Positions 1-13,334 of a stretch of 64,000 nucleotides of DNA are shown piece by piece (position 1 is the first letter of the stretch; the number at the start of each line of letters is the position of its first letter). Made by a program: the position numbers and the translations under genes. Under the pieces are notes generated by a model. That model did not search any database. It was given only the letters and a program-made list of their open reading frames with translations, and was not told where the DNA came from. Source of the DNA: Cycas panzhihuaensis (lineage: Eukaryota > Plantae > Cycadophyta); assembly GCA_023213395.1 (NCBI GenBank), contig CM041465.1, positions 130,579,741 to 130,643,740 on the forward strand. The letters are read 5' to 3'.

Positions 1-19
1 CGAGATAGATGTTGGTGAA

Positions 20-180
20 TAAAATGATCAAAATGACTAAAACAACCAGAAATGGTCAAAACAAGTCTAGAAATGACCAAACTGGCTTAGAAATGACTAG
101 AATGGTCCTAAAAACAACTAGAACAATCCCATAAATGGCTAGAATGGTCATAGGAATGACCAAAATGGTCCTAGGAATGC
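20..180. repeat. Degenerate short tandem repeat (units like AAATGACYAGAATGGTC), probably inside an LTR or TE cut by the window edge
   Basis: Recurrent aaatgac/aatggtc units at roughly 20-bp spacing; no partner LTR visible. Confidence 0.45.
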
Positions 181-1229
181 ATGACATGGTGCATTCCTAA
201 CAAGAGCGAATGTGGAACATATAGAAGGGAACACAAAACACGCCCAAAATCAAGTTGTACGTTCCAGAGATGATAACATCACCCATGGGCATACTTATGC
301 ACAATTGTATGAACAGAATGTTGTAATATAATCTTAAGTGAAAAGGTACTTTTGTTATGAAAAGGAATGGTGGTGACCATAAGTCACAACCATTCCCCCA
401 AAAGGCATGTATTTGGTATTTATTAGGGCATGTTCCACCATTTTGGTGTGAGAGCCAAGTCAATTGCTCATACATCATCTGCTTTAGTGTGAAGAGCCAA
501 GTTAATGAGTCATGTGATACATTTCCAAGTGTGTAGGAGCAAGTATTAAGGCATATGTTATGGTTTATGATGGAATACATGTAGAATGCTTCCATTAGTA
601 GTGATGTAAAGACATTTGACAATAATATTGCTTAATACAATAAAGAGTTACATGGAATATTGTGTACTTTGTGCATAGTAATTGATTGTATGAAGAATGC
701 ATGTTGATTATTGATTAAAGATAATGGCATAATGATGACATTGTGTTAATTGTATGAGTAATTAAGTGATATAATCATGTTGACCAACCCTAACTAGACT
801 ACTGGTAGTGGCCCCTTGATAATTTTATTCTCATAAGGGTAGTGGGATTAAAGTCAACAAAACCCTTCACTTGTCTTCATAATATGTAGTTGTTGGATCT
901 CTTTTATAGATTAGGGCTATTATTGTACTTGTAAGTGGAACTTAAGCAACATAACTTGATAGTTTCCAAGGTCATTTTTTGGATACAATACTTAAACTTT
1001 TTTTAAACCGCATAAACATGGTTGTATCTATGCTTAATACTAGGACTATCAAACTCACTAGAGAAAAAAAAAATTCAGCATGGAAGAAATAAGTAAAAAA
1101 ATCTATTAATTATGAATTAGTTGTGGGGTTATATAAATGGCAATATCATCAAACCAGCACCAACTCCTAATCCAACAAATCCAATAAACCCATTTCTTGT
1201 AGATCCAATTGCACTTGTAGCATTTGAAG

Positions 1230-4200
1230 CCAAAGATGAGGTTGCATTGGCTTTTATTCATTAATCCATAAGTGATAACATAGATCAAAATATTGAATTT
1301 ACAACTATTTCTACTAAAGCTTGAAATGTCATTTTATCATTGTGTAAAAGATGAGATGATGCTCACATTGTAATGTTAAAGGGTAAATTGTTTAGCATAC
1401 ATTTTGTAGAGTGCATGGTGGCCTACTTCTCCTCTGTAAAAGCAATAAGCAATCAGTTGATAGCATGTGGTAAACTAGTCTTCAATGAAGATCTAGTCAT
1501 GGCCACTATTCATGCTCTTCCAAAGGAGTACAATGGCTTCATCTCAAATATTTCTTGCAGTGGCATTTGTCTACCTTAATCTTTAATGAGTTGGAAAGAC
1601 TTATTGCAAGAAGAAGAAATTTATTCTCGATGAGGTGAAGCATCAACATCAGGGGCCTTCACAATAAATCTTAGAGGTAAACAACCCATGGTGCTTAAAC
1701 AAAATCTTCAAAAGAAATTTGGCAATGCGAACCTTAATGGAAGAATGCTAAAAATAGTCACCTGCCATTATTGTAGCAAAGTTGCACACATCCAACCCAA
1801 ATTCAAGAAGAAACAAAGTGACATGCAGCAACAACAACCCCCACCAGGAGGTCATTGTGGCAACCAAAGGGGGGCATTTCGTGGTGGCTATCAAGGCCAC
1901 ACTGCTCATCATGATGAGAATGATAAACTATTTTGTGCATATGGTGATTGTAAAAACAACACTTGGGTTGACGATTCAGGTGCATCCTATCACATGATTG
2001 GTGATATAGAATTGTTGATTAACATTTAAGAGAGCAAGGGTGAAATGATGATCTTTGGTGATGATGATGCTATACAAATTTCGAGTATTGGTGAAGTTGA
2101 TTCTTTCAGCCATAATTAGAACCCTGCTCAAACATTTCCTAGTGGCAATGTGTTTCTAGTACCTAGTATGTCTAGAAACTTACTCTTTGTTAGTCAATTA
2201 GATAAACAACAGACGAGTGTATTATTCAAAAACAAGAAATGCATAATCAGAGATAAAAAAGATCAAGTGGTTGGTATTGCTCATGAGGATTATGGCCTCT
2301 ATAAATTAGATACAACTCTTGGCAATACTCATGCCTTAGTCTCACAATCTATCGATAAAGATCAGTTATGGCATGAGAGACTAGACCATCTGAACCTAGA
2401 AAGCATCAAATTAATGTTTAGACACAACATGGTGTATGGTTTACCCAAAATTTCAATGGGTAAATGTCTTTATGAAGCTTGCTTAATGGGTAAACAACAC
2501 AAGGAACCTTTTCAGAAAGGTAAAGCATGAAGGGGCACAAAGTTTGTTATAGTTGGTTCATATAGACATTTGTGGACCCATGTCCACTCAATCACTTGGT
2601 GGAGTTCTTTATTTCATCACCTTCATTGATGATTTCTCACACAAAATGTGGATTTATTTCTTGAAACATAAATCAGAAGCTGTCACAAAGTTTAAAGAAT
2701 TTAAACTTGTTGTAGAGAAAAAGTTAGACATGCAAATCAAAATTCTTAGGTCTAACAATGGTGGTGAATACGCTTCAAAAGAGTTCAACCAATTTTGCAC
2801 TTAACATGGCATCAAACAATAGTTTTTTGTGCCTTGTACACCTCAACAAAATAGTGTGATAGAAAGAATGAGCAGGACACTCATTAGCAAAGCAAAAACC
2901 ATGATGCAAGCTAGAGGTTTTATTCAATCATATTGGGCAAAAGTAGCCCGCACAACTACTTACTTGACCAAATAGAGTTCCACTACAGCAGTTTCGAACA
3001 TGACACCAGAGAAGGCTTGGACTGGCCAAAAGCCAACAGTTGATCATCTTCGCACTTTTGGCTCCACTGCTTACATGAACATTCCCAAGGAGCAAAGATG
3101 CAAATTTGGTGATAAAAGTCTCAAATGTGTCTTCATTGGATATGCTATTGGTAGCAAAGCCTATAAGGTATATGATCCCATCGACAAAATGATGCACATA
3201 TCTAGAGATGTTGCTGAAAATAATCAAGAATTAGACCTTAGCTCCATCCAAGTTCCACTTGACAAATGCAAAGCTATAGCTGAGGATTCCACTCCTTCAA
3301 CCTCTTCTACACCATGTTATTCATCAGCACCTACTTCACCTTCTTCGCCATCTTCTTCAATGGTTCCTCCATCTAGTCCTAGCACCACATCTAGGATTCA
3401 ACAACCTTTACAAGCACTGGACATTGAAGTGACAACTACAATGACAAAGAACCTACCCAAACGGTATCTTCAAACTATAGCAGGTGCACAAGTTGTTGAA
3501 GACAAATGTCCATCTAAAATGTGGCAACATAATGTAAACTATACACTTATAGTTGAAGTGCTTAGTACTCAAGAGCCTTCCACTTTTGAGGAAGCATGTA
3601 ATGATGAAAAGTGGAAAGTCACAATGGATGATGAAATCCATTCTATTGAAAAGAATATAACATAAAACTTGGTTGACTTTCCTAAAGGTAAATAGGCAAT
3701 TAGTTGTAAGTGGATTTATAAAACCAAGTTCCGATCTAATAGTTCAATTAAGTGACAAAAGCTTGATTGGTTGCAAAGGGATTCAAACAAAAGGAAGACA
3801 TTGACTATGAGAGGACTTATACACTCATTGTCAACATGAATACCATCAGAATTGTCATGGCCTTAGCTTCTCAATGCAAATGGCCTATTTATTAGATGGA
3901 TGTCAAGAGCATATTCTTAAATGGTGACTTGACTGAAGAGGTATATTTGGAGCAACCTCTTGGATACATTGTGCATGACAAATAGTATTTAGTTTGTAAC
4001 CTCAAAAAGGCCTTGTATAATGTAAAGTAGGCATTGCATGCTTGGTACTCCAAAATCGATGGCTATTTTTCAAAACATGATTTTTATCGATCCTGATCAG
4101 ACCCAAACTTATACATCAAAGTTCGGCATCAGCACGTCACTCTTGTCGTATTATATGTTAATGATTTAGTTATCACTGGCAGTGATATAGATATGATAGA

Positions 4201-4528
4201 GAGCCTTCAAGGGGATCTCAAAAGGAGTTTTGAGATGATATACCTTGGGCTTTTTTGCTATTTGTTTGGCATGGAGGTGTGATAGCAACTAGTTAACATC
4301 TTCATATCCCAAGGCAAATACACTTGGGACATTTTGTAGTATTTTAGAATGGAGGACTGCAAATCTGTGCATACCCCTATGAAAATTGACACAAAATTAT
4401 CACTTGATGAGGAAGCCAAATCAGTAGATTCCACACATTTTAGGCAACTAGTGAGTCATCTCATCTAATTGACTAACACTAGACCAAACATTTCATATGT
4501 TGTTGGAATTTGTTCTTGATTTATGTCT
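1230..4528 (+). mobile_element. Ty1/copia element A, decayed gag-PR-INT-RT, 3'-truncated
   Basis: Zinc knuckle CHYCSKVAH, protease WVDDSGASYHM, GAG-pre-integrase LWHERLDHLN, integrase VHIDICGP..YFITFIDDFS, SH3 HLRTFGS..KCVFIGY, RT motifs to ~4520; many stops; ends abruptly at 4528; LTRs not identified. Confidence 0.9.
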
Positions 4529-4735
4529 TCGAATTTTGTATCTGGTAAAATCTGCAGTGTGCTTCAACATGTTAAAGCCAATCTGCAGCTATTATGCCTT
4601 CTCCTAGTGTGAATGGCTCAACATCTCAAATTTTCCATATTAAGTGCAAATATTGTTGCAATCGCTTTAACTTTGCCAAAGAATTTCTCTCTAACTAAAT
4701 CATCATTTTTCTTCTTTTAACTAAAAGTTGCAACT
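4529..4735. repeat. Direct copy of 6910-7117 (internal gag region of element B) at a deletion junction; filler DNA
   Basis: About 13 differences over ~207 bp by eye, same orientation. Confidence 0.9.
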
Positions 4736-4888
4736 CCCCCAAATCCCACACTAGTAGCACAAAAGGCTTCATTTAGTAGAATGGTGGTACAATATAACTT
4801 GATGGATCCGTTTGATTTTTCCTTGGCTTTGTACACCCATTTGCAACCTATAATAGGCTTGTCTTGAGGAGCTTGCACTAACTCCCAA

Positions 4889-5460
4889 TGTAGCGGGCCC
4901 ATTTGCAAATAGCAAACACAGAAGCAGATTTCCAATAGATAACAGGATACTTACAAACATTCACCATAGATAATATTTATCCAGACAATAATGCTAGCAA
5001 ATTATAGTAGCAGTTTCCAATATTATATACATTCACAACAAATAGAACAGTAGTAAACGCTCATAAACATGATTCAGCATATATATATATATCATTCACA
5101 CATTGATAGCAGCAGCATATGTGAATCATGCATATATAGTAACAGAGTAATGGTACCTAATACAAATGTCGAACAACAACAACCCTCTTTGAGGCGGGCG
5201 CAATCCTCCCATAGGCCCAAGCCCTTATGGCACAAGGCCATTATACCAAGCATAACAAAAATTCTCTAAGATGATTTACAAGTGAATAAGGCTTCTCTTT
5301 TTATAGCCTTCAAAAACCAACTTTTACCTTTCCCTCCAAAAACCTGACTTCATAATGAAATATAATAATTAATTATTCCTTTATTCCTCCTAAAAACTAA
5401 CTTTATAATAATAAATTCTTCTATAAAAAGGACTTCTTCTTTTATTTTGGGAATGCTACA
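4889..5460 (-). repeat. 3' LTR of element B
   Basis: TGTAGC..GCTACA ends; aligns to 8891-9475. Confidence 0.95.
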
Positions 5461-6350
5461 ATTCCCCTCCCCTTAAAATGGTACTTCACCCTCAAAGTAT
5501 CGATAATTGCTTGTAGCTTGGTCTAATCTTCCAGACACCACCTGCTAGATCTTGTATGTCATAAAGATTTGGCTCGATCTTACATCTTTTGTTGAACTTT
5601 ATTGGTAGACATCTTGAATTTGTTGATATTTATTCCTGGAGCTAAGTACATGCTAGATCTTATTCTGTATCGAAAGGGATCTGGGCCCTATGAGGTGTCT
5701 CACATGTCTTGTCTTAATCTTGCCTTGTGTTTGCACATTTTATTTTCAACTAGAATGGTTTATGGTAGGAGAAGTGAGGATTTTATGAAAAGAATTAATT
5801 GTAAGGGTCATGGATCGATGACTGTTTATCGTGAAAAGGAATAGAAGAGGTGGGATTATGAATTGAGATCAGGCATAGCTTTGAAGGCATAGGAAGAAAG
5901 GATGAATTTTGGAATCTGCCTTGGATGGAGATGAGAATTTGGGTAGGTTTTGTTGGACCACAACACTTCTTGGAAAAGAAAAATGGATGAGGGATTAGTC
6001 ATAGACATTCTTTATGAAAAAAGGACTTTAATATGTTTTTAGAAATTATATTCAAACAGAATGAAAAATTGAATGGAAAAAAATAATATTAGTAGTGTAG
6101 AAGTGGATAGGATTAGGAAGCATGAGGTGAGGTTCTGTAGGGGTAATACTAAGTGATGAAGCTTGATGAATGAATTGAAATTTTAGAATGTCTTACTAAG
6201 GATGATCTATCGAGGGTGAAGGAATACGTAAGTAGAGAGTTGAGCTAGGACTGTAAAGGGCAATTGGGATTTGTCCTATGACAAAACTAGAGTTAAAGGG
6301 GTTAGGATTATGGCTAATTATAGGATGGGGAAATGAGGGCTTTTTTACTA

Positions 6351-7110
6351 CTATTGAACTTGGGAAAGAGAGAGGACAGATAAAACTACTAAATGAAATA
6401 TGCTTTGCAACACAAGATCACTGAGTATCTTGCTAGATTCGCATGAAGTTTGTTGAGGTTCTTCTCCAAAATCTCCTATGCCTATTTGGTCCTTCCTTGA
6501 TTGCTTGTCAATGGCTTTAGGTTGTTTCAACATAGATTGATCATCATTGTGCTCTGTTTCAGCCTATGCTTTGTCAATGTCAAAGTCTTCTTCAAGATGC
6601 TCTGATTTTTCCTCTTTCTACTTTGGGTCTTCGATCTGGCCATGTTGTGGCTCCTGTATTGATTCTCCTTGATGCTCCTATGATGGTTCTTGGATCTCTC
6701 TATCAACGACCCTTTCTTCTTCTTTTATTGTGCTTTTGTTTGGCCGCTTTGATTCTTTGGTAACTTCCTTGTAGCCCCATTTCATAGATGTTAGGCTAAA
6801 ATTTATCTTAAACCTATCCCAATCATTAAAGACTCTTCCTTTAGACCAACTTTCATACCATTGATGAGCTTCACCCTTCAAGTAGTATTGAATACTCGGT
6901 CCATAATCCTCGAATTTTGTATCTGGTAAAATTCTGCAATGTGCTTCAACATGTTGAAGCCAATCCGCAGCTATCATGCCTTCTCCTAGTGTGAATGGCT
7001 CAACATCTCGAATTTTCCATGTTGAGTGCAAATATTGTTGTAATCGCTTTAACTTTGCCAAAGAATTTTTATCTAACTAAATCGGCATTTTTCTTCTTTT
7101 AACTAAAAGT
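6351..7110 (-). pseudogene. Gypsy Gag (Retrotrans_gag-like) remnant of element B
   Basis: ORF 6678-7061 WLQHVEAHC..YYLKGEAHQWYESW..WDRFKINF resembles the gypsy capsid signature; interrupted. Confidence 0.7.
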
Positions 7111-8890
7111 TGCAACTTCAATGATTAAAATCTGTATCATCTGCTAGTATAAACTATCACATATGACCACTCATAATGATCACCTCGGAACCAAGAACTC
7201 AACAATTCAGAGGACACTGCAATTGGGTACCTTTGAGGAAAAAAAAGATATGTTGTTCGAATTTCCTTGCTATGGATTTCTTCTACGATCAGGCGAATGC
7301 TTGCCAATCCATATGGGCAATTTCTTGCATCCCTGTTACTACATGATCTTTCATTTCATGATCGGGCAATTGTACTTTTTGTGGATTCAAAGCTTGGGGT
7401 GGCACAATCTATGTATCTCTAGGACGATGCCAAATATATATATATATATAGGCAATTTACAGACCTACGTAAGAAGGGCATAGCATGGATGCAATGATTT
7501 GGGCAAATGACTTTTCGATTGAGAAGTTCAATCTACATCCACTTCTTTGCTACAAATTTCTTCACAATGCATTCTTGCGTTTGATGCATGCATAAAGTAC
7601 ACCTTCACTCTCGAAGAACAGGATTATCCAATTGCAGACTTCAAAAATCACACAAGATGGACCTTCACTCTTAGAGAACAGGATTATCACAATTACATCA
7701 CAACAAGAGAAAATACTTTTTTCTTTCCTATGCTATCTTTCACAGTTACAATTATAGTGTCTCTTCCACTGGTAGATTGCAATGCTTTGATATGAAACCC
7801 TCACTTGGTGGTAGTATCGCTATTTGTTTTTTCCTCTCTAACCTGGTCGTTTGTTGACTTACAGATTTGCTCCTTATTGCAAGATCCTCACTTGTCAAGG
7901 GTTTCCACTCTAGGCCAGGGTGTGTGCAAGTGGTCAACATACATAATCTTCATTTATTAAGCCACATAAGTCCACAAGTAACTCTTACAGATACATTCAC
8001 CATGCATTCCTTAATAAGTACACATGTTTGTCTATGTAACTCTCTTATTTTATTAGACAATAGTCGATATTACATCATAAAAGGTCCATTCTGGTCTGAC
8101 TGGTCAACCATACTAGTTCAGGTACCGCTAGAATCACTTACTCAGCTCTCACATCCATCCTAATAGGCGGATGTGTTTATATACACAGTGCATTCCTATT
8201 ACAGAACGATTGCATCTAACAGTCACAACCGTCTGTTTTCTTGAATGGACGCCTATTCAACCCTTAATCATGCTTCATTAGGCTCTTAATACATTCTTTA
8301 ATTTGTACAGTTTCCATGTGTCTCATGCATTCCGTCCATCGTTCCTCTGCTGGGCCGCAACCATTCCTTCTTCCATTCAATGCGCTCCTGCATTCCCTTG
8401 CTAGGCTGCAACCATTCCTTCTTTCATTTAATGCGTTCAAGCAATCCCCGTCCATTCCTGCGTACAACATTCGTTCTTGCAGTGGAATGGTCTATGTTCT
8501 GTGCATTGTTTTGTCCATTCTCTATTCCAAATGCATGCTGAAAAGTTGCCCTACAAAATACCCATTGGTTTGTCTATTTATTGTTGTACATTCCCTCTAA
8601 CAGACACATGGGTGTCGATTATAACTGCAACATCGCCCTGGCATCCATACACAATCTCTTCAAGCTGGTATATTGCAGGGTTTGTGTTGGTAATGTAAAA
8701 TGGCTAATAGAAATGATGGCAAAGACAATTAATAACAAGGAACAATGGCCTTTATGGAATGATACCACAAGGATGGTAGTTAATGCCTTAATTTGATTCC
8801 AATGCTCTGATTTAAGGCAGAATTTTGAAAACCTTCAACAATAGATTATGCCCCAGTAAAAAATTCTCCAAATGCGGCTCTGATACCAGT

Positions 8891-9074
8891 TGTAGCGGGC
8901 CCACTTGCAAATAGCATAACACAAAAGCAGATTCCTAGCAGATAATGGGATATTTATAGGCATTCACCACAGATAATATTTATCCAGACAATAATGCTAG
9001 TAGATTATAGCAGTAATTTTCAATATTTCATACATTCATAACAGATAGAACAATAGTAAACCCTAAACATGATT

Positions 9075-9110
<36 letters not shown>

Positions 9111-9475
9111 TTCATACATTGATAGCAGTAGCATATGTGAATCATGGATTAATAATAATAGAGTAATAGAACCTTATACTAATGTCTAGCAGCAACAACC
9201 ATCTTTGAGGTGGGCACGATCCTCCCATAGGCCCAAGGCCCTAAAAGCACAAGGCCATTATACCAAGCATAATAGAAATTCTCCAAGATGATTTACAAAT
9301 GAACAAAGCTTCTCTATTTATAGCCTTAAAATACCAACTTTTATGTTTCCCTCCAAAAAACCAACTTCATAATGAAATATAATAATTAATTCTTCCTTTA
9401 TTCCTCCTAAAAACCAACTTTATAGTAATAAATTCTTTTATAAAAACCAACTTCTTTTATTTTTGAAATGCTACA
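8891..9475 (-). repeat. 5' LTR of element B (contains an expanded (AT)n tract)
   Basis: Aligns to 4889-5460; adjacent PBS. Confidence 0.95.
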
Positions 9476-9883
9476 CCCAAGTATCATACTTATGAATACT
9501 TGCAATTCTTCTCTCATGGCCTCTAACCACTTTTTATTTGTTCGTGTTTTATCATAGGTTTGTGGTTCTAATATGGAGGTTAGTGCCTAGTGAGGTTTGA
9601 TCTTTTCCTTCTTCCAATTCCTATTTCATCACTGCTCTACATACCCGAGTCTTACATTGTTTTTATGTACCTTTTTAATGGGTGTGGGAGTTGCTTCTTC
9701 TTCAGTGGATCCTAAAATTTATTCCTGAACAGGTTCTTCTAGAATTTCTTCTTTTGTGGATCTTGGTTCATCGTCTTCTCTTTGTCCTTCTAAGCCTTTA
9801 GTGGATTCTGACTTTGAGTCTTGGTTTTCTAAGGTCATTTTTACAAAGAAATGTATTTTTATTGGTTTCTCTAGAGAAGATTC

Positions 9884-12800
9884 TATTGGAAGAGGATGGA
9901 TAGGAGCAGGACACATAGCATAAAGCACATGCAATAATATTACAAGAGATGATAATACACTAATATATCACAACTCTCCAACAATCTCCTATTAAAAATA
10001 ATGGAGTACATCATATATAGATTACATATATACTAAATATAGGAGTTAGTTTTAACCATACCATAATGATTAATTAACAACTCCCTCAAATTATGGTAGA
10101 CTATCAACTACCATATTTAATATTTCAACTATCTTTGACTCTTACTAACCACCATATTAAATGACTTGACCAAGAATATTCTAAAAATATTCTCTCACTA
10201 AGAATATTCCATGTGAAGAAATATTCTAATTACATGAGAAATGAACTTAAATGAACATGAAATGGGAATGTACATTATTTCTAACACCCTCCCATAATGT
10301 TAAGTTCATTTTCTCTCATAAACATCAATGTCGTAAGTCTCTCAAATTTCTCACGACCCAAAGTATAAGTGAAAATATCAACAACTTGATCTTTCGAGGG
10401 ACAATACATCAACTCAACTATGTCATACTCCACTTGTTGTCAAATAAAATGATGATCAACTTCCACATAGTTGATTCTGTCATGGAAACCCAATTCTTTA
10501 ATAGCTAGAAGGCAACTTGGTTGTTGTAGAACAATTGAAGAAATCACAAGTGGTTAAGAAGTCCATTAAGCCAAGACGGCTTCTTGGATGCTATAGCTGT
10601 CGTGATACTACCTTGGTGGTTGACAAAGAAACTGTCGATTGTTTCTTATTGCTCCAAGAGATCAACCAAAACTAAGTGTTGATGCACATTCTATTGTTGA
10701 TTAGGCTTTTACTGCTATAAGAAATCAACCAGAACTAAATGGTAATACACATCTTGTTGTTGATTAGGATCAACCATAACTAAATGTCAATACACATCTT
10801 GTTGTTGATTATGCCTTTGCAGTTGCCTGTACAAAGCTACCAAAGAGAATTTCATCATTGTCATGCAATACATGCTAGTGGTGATCTTCAATGCATGAAA
10901 ATCACACCCTTGGTCCTGCTTCTCCAAATGTCATAATATTGGCATACAATATCATGCTTGATTCTATGCATTATTGTTATTGCCATGTATTTGTTGCTTC
11001 ATAAAATTGTTAGGTGTTTTCATTAACACCACAACACTATTACTATCATAATCATAACACAATAAGTTGCTCTTCATACAGCAATAAGCTACCCAACTCA
11101 TCACCTGGAAAACAATTTGAGGTAGACCACCTTGTTACAAAGGTATGATAAACCACATGCAGGTTGTTAAGAGTGATGTCCTCTAGAATCTCAACAATAC
11201 ATTACGCTCGTCTTCTTTAATTTATGCAAATGAAGAGAGATAGAGACAAACATTTTACAAGAGTAAAGCAAGTATCAAGACTCTAATAAATCCATCAGAG
11301 TCTTCATGCATCATATGTAAACAATCTTCTTAAAGATGAGTAATCAACTCATGAACAACTAACAAATAAGAATTGTCAGTTTTCTAGGTTCTTGTCATGC
11401 CACGCCATGTTATGCCATGTTGTTTTTGCAATGCCATCAATTGAGTTTATTTTAGCTTTTGTCTTCTTCTTCAACAACTTCCATAAACCTTCGTAAGGTT
11501 GGAAAATGTTAAATTTCCAAATCACATAAAACTTCCATCTAGTCTTAGTGAATCTGGCAAGCTACAGCCAACAATTTACAAACATCATATAAAATTTGTA
11601 ATAAAGGAAATTAAGAAGAAGCGTTTAAACCACTGCAAGTATGAGTGTCACATATTACTTAGTGACTGCAAGGTGGATAACATTCAAGGAGTACAATTAA
11701 GAGTTCAAAAATAACTCTAAAATACAACAAAAAATACTCTGAAAAAAGAACAAATTACTTAAAGGATCCTCTTAAAATATTCTTAAAATAAAACAAAAAA
11801 ATACTTCTTTAAATGAAGACATCATGATAAATTTTAAATAACTTAATGTCTTCGTAAAATATAATATCCATTTAATAAAAATGACAACACTTAAAAGATT
11901 AAATTAAAATTTTTTTATAAAAAATTATAACAAAAAAACTTTTAAAAAAATACCTTTTATCAAAATATGCATATTCTAAAGAATATGCGAAAATGTATAA
12001 TATAATGTTTCAAACATTACACATCCATCAAATATTATAAAACGTTTTTTCAGTGACTTCGATCTCTCGGTGGCAACTGTGTTTGACACATGGCCACAGA
12101 AACTCGAATGATTGGCAGTTGTTTTAGCTATGATGGCATGGCAGTTGTCTCTGTAGTGATAGTTTTCGAATCACTGCTAAAGGGCAGCGACAACTATGTC
12201 AGATCCAGATGGCAGTATGACGACATTTCAAGAACCGACGGCTGTCCCTTTGTAAAATGAATCGATGACTCAACTCTGTAATTGAGTGAAGGCATGACGA
12301 CTCCGAACAATGGCGAGACGGCATGCTTGAACGGCAGTGGCGGCGAGTCCCAAACAACAGCAACAGCTGGTGTGTTAAGGGTATCTCCAAATAGTGGCGG
12401 CTTTAGGAGGCGCTACAGTCACATGACTAGCAAGTGACAGCTCAATGACTGGGGCTACAGAGTCTGCAGGAAAGCAAATAGAGGTGACACTAATTATTCG
12501 CAGTTGTCCCACACAAGTGGGAGAGAATTCCACAGGAATGGATGAAAGGCACCTCTCTGAGAGATGATAGTGACTCGTAGCTACCAGGCAGTTGCCCCTT
12601 TGTAACAGCAATCGGACGATGAAAGGTTGCAAGTCCTAAAACATCAAACGGACATGTGGTTGAGAACTTGAATGGAGGGGTGACGAATGACCTAATTTTA
12701 GGCGATAGGAAACTCACATATGAACAAAGGCAGAGTCCAACAAAGCTACTATTAAGTTTTTAACACAAAATCCGCTCATTTATTCATTGAAGAGGAGGCT

Positions 12801-13329
12801 AGTCATCTTGGGACAAAACCTTAGCAACTTCAAGTTATAAGAAGAGGACGTTTAGACTCTTCAAGATAGAATTTAGCACAAAGACATAGCATCACAGAAG
12901 TATCAAAAATCTATGCTCTAATACCATGTTGGAAGAAGGTGGATAGGAGTAGAACACATAGTATAAAGTACATGCAATAATATTACAAGAGATGACAATA
13001 TGCTAATATATCACAACTCTCCAACAATCTCTTTTTAAAAATAATATAGTACATCATATATAGATTATATATGTACTAAACATAGGAGTTAGTTCTAACC
13101 ATATCATAATAATTAATTAACAATTCCTTCAAATTATAGTAGGCTATCAACTACCATATTTAATATTTCAACCATCTTTGACTCCTACTAACCACCATAT
13201 TAAATGACTTCACAAAAAATATTCTAAGAATATTCTCCCACTAAGAATATTCTATGTGAAGAAATATTATAATTACATGAAAAATGATCTTAAATAAACA
13301 TGAAATGGAAATGCACATTATTTCTAACA
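9884..13329 (-). mobile_element. Non-autonomous copia-derived element D (LARD-like; only RNase H remnants recognisable)
   Basis: 403-bp LTRs 9884-10286 and 12927-13329; perfect TSD GATTC; PBS TGGTATTAGAGC 12915-12926; PPT after 10286; remnant LISWSNKKQSTVSLST and YVEVDHHFI near 10430-10670. Confidence 0.92.
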
Positions 13330-13334
13330 GATTC

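Larger units (their letters stand above)
4889..9475 (-). mobile_element. Non-autonomous gypsy-type element B (gag only, TR-GAG-like)
   Basis: LTRs 4889-5460 and 8891-9475 (TG..CA); perfect TSD CCCAA; iMet PBS 8876-8888; PPT AAGGGGAGGGGAAT at ~5461-5476; gag remnant but no pol. Confidence 0.92.

Noticed and set aside
172-199. Hairpin TAGGAATGCA-N8-TGCATTCCTA
   Set aside because: Isolated 10-bp stem with no supporting context.
197-860. 141-aa ORF, or the 5' LTR of element A
   Set aside because: The ORF has no motifs; no convincing PBS or partner LTR links the region to A.
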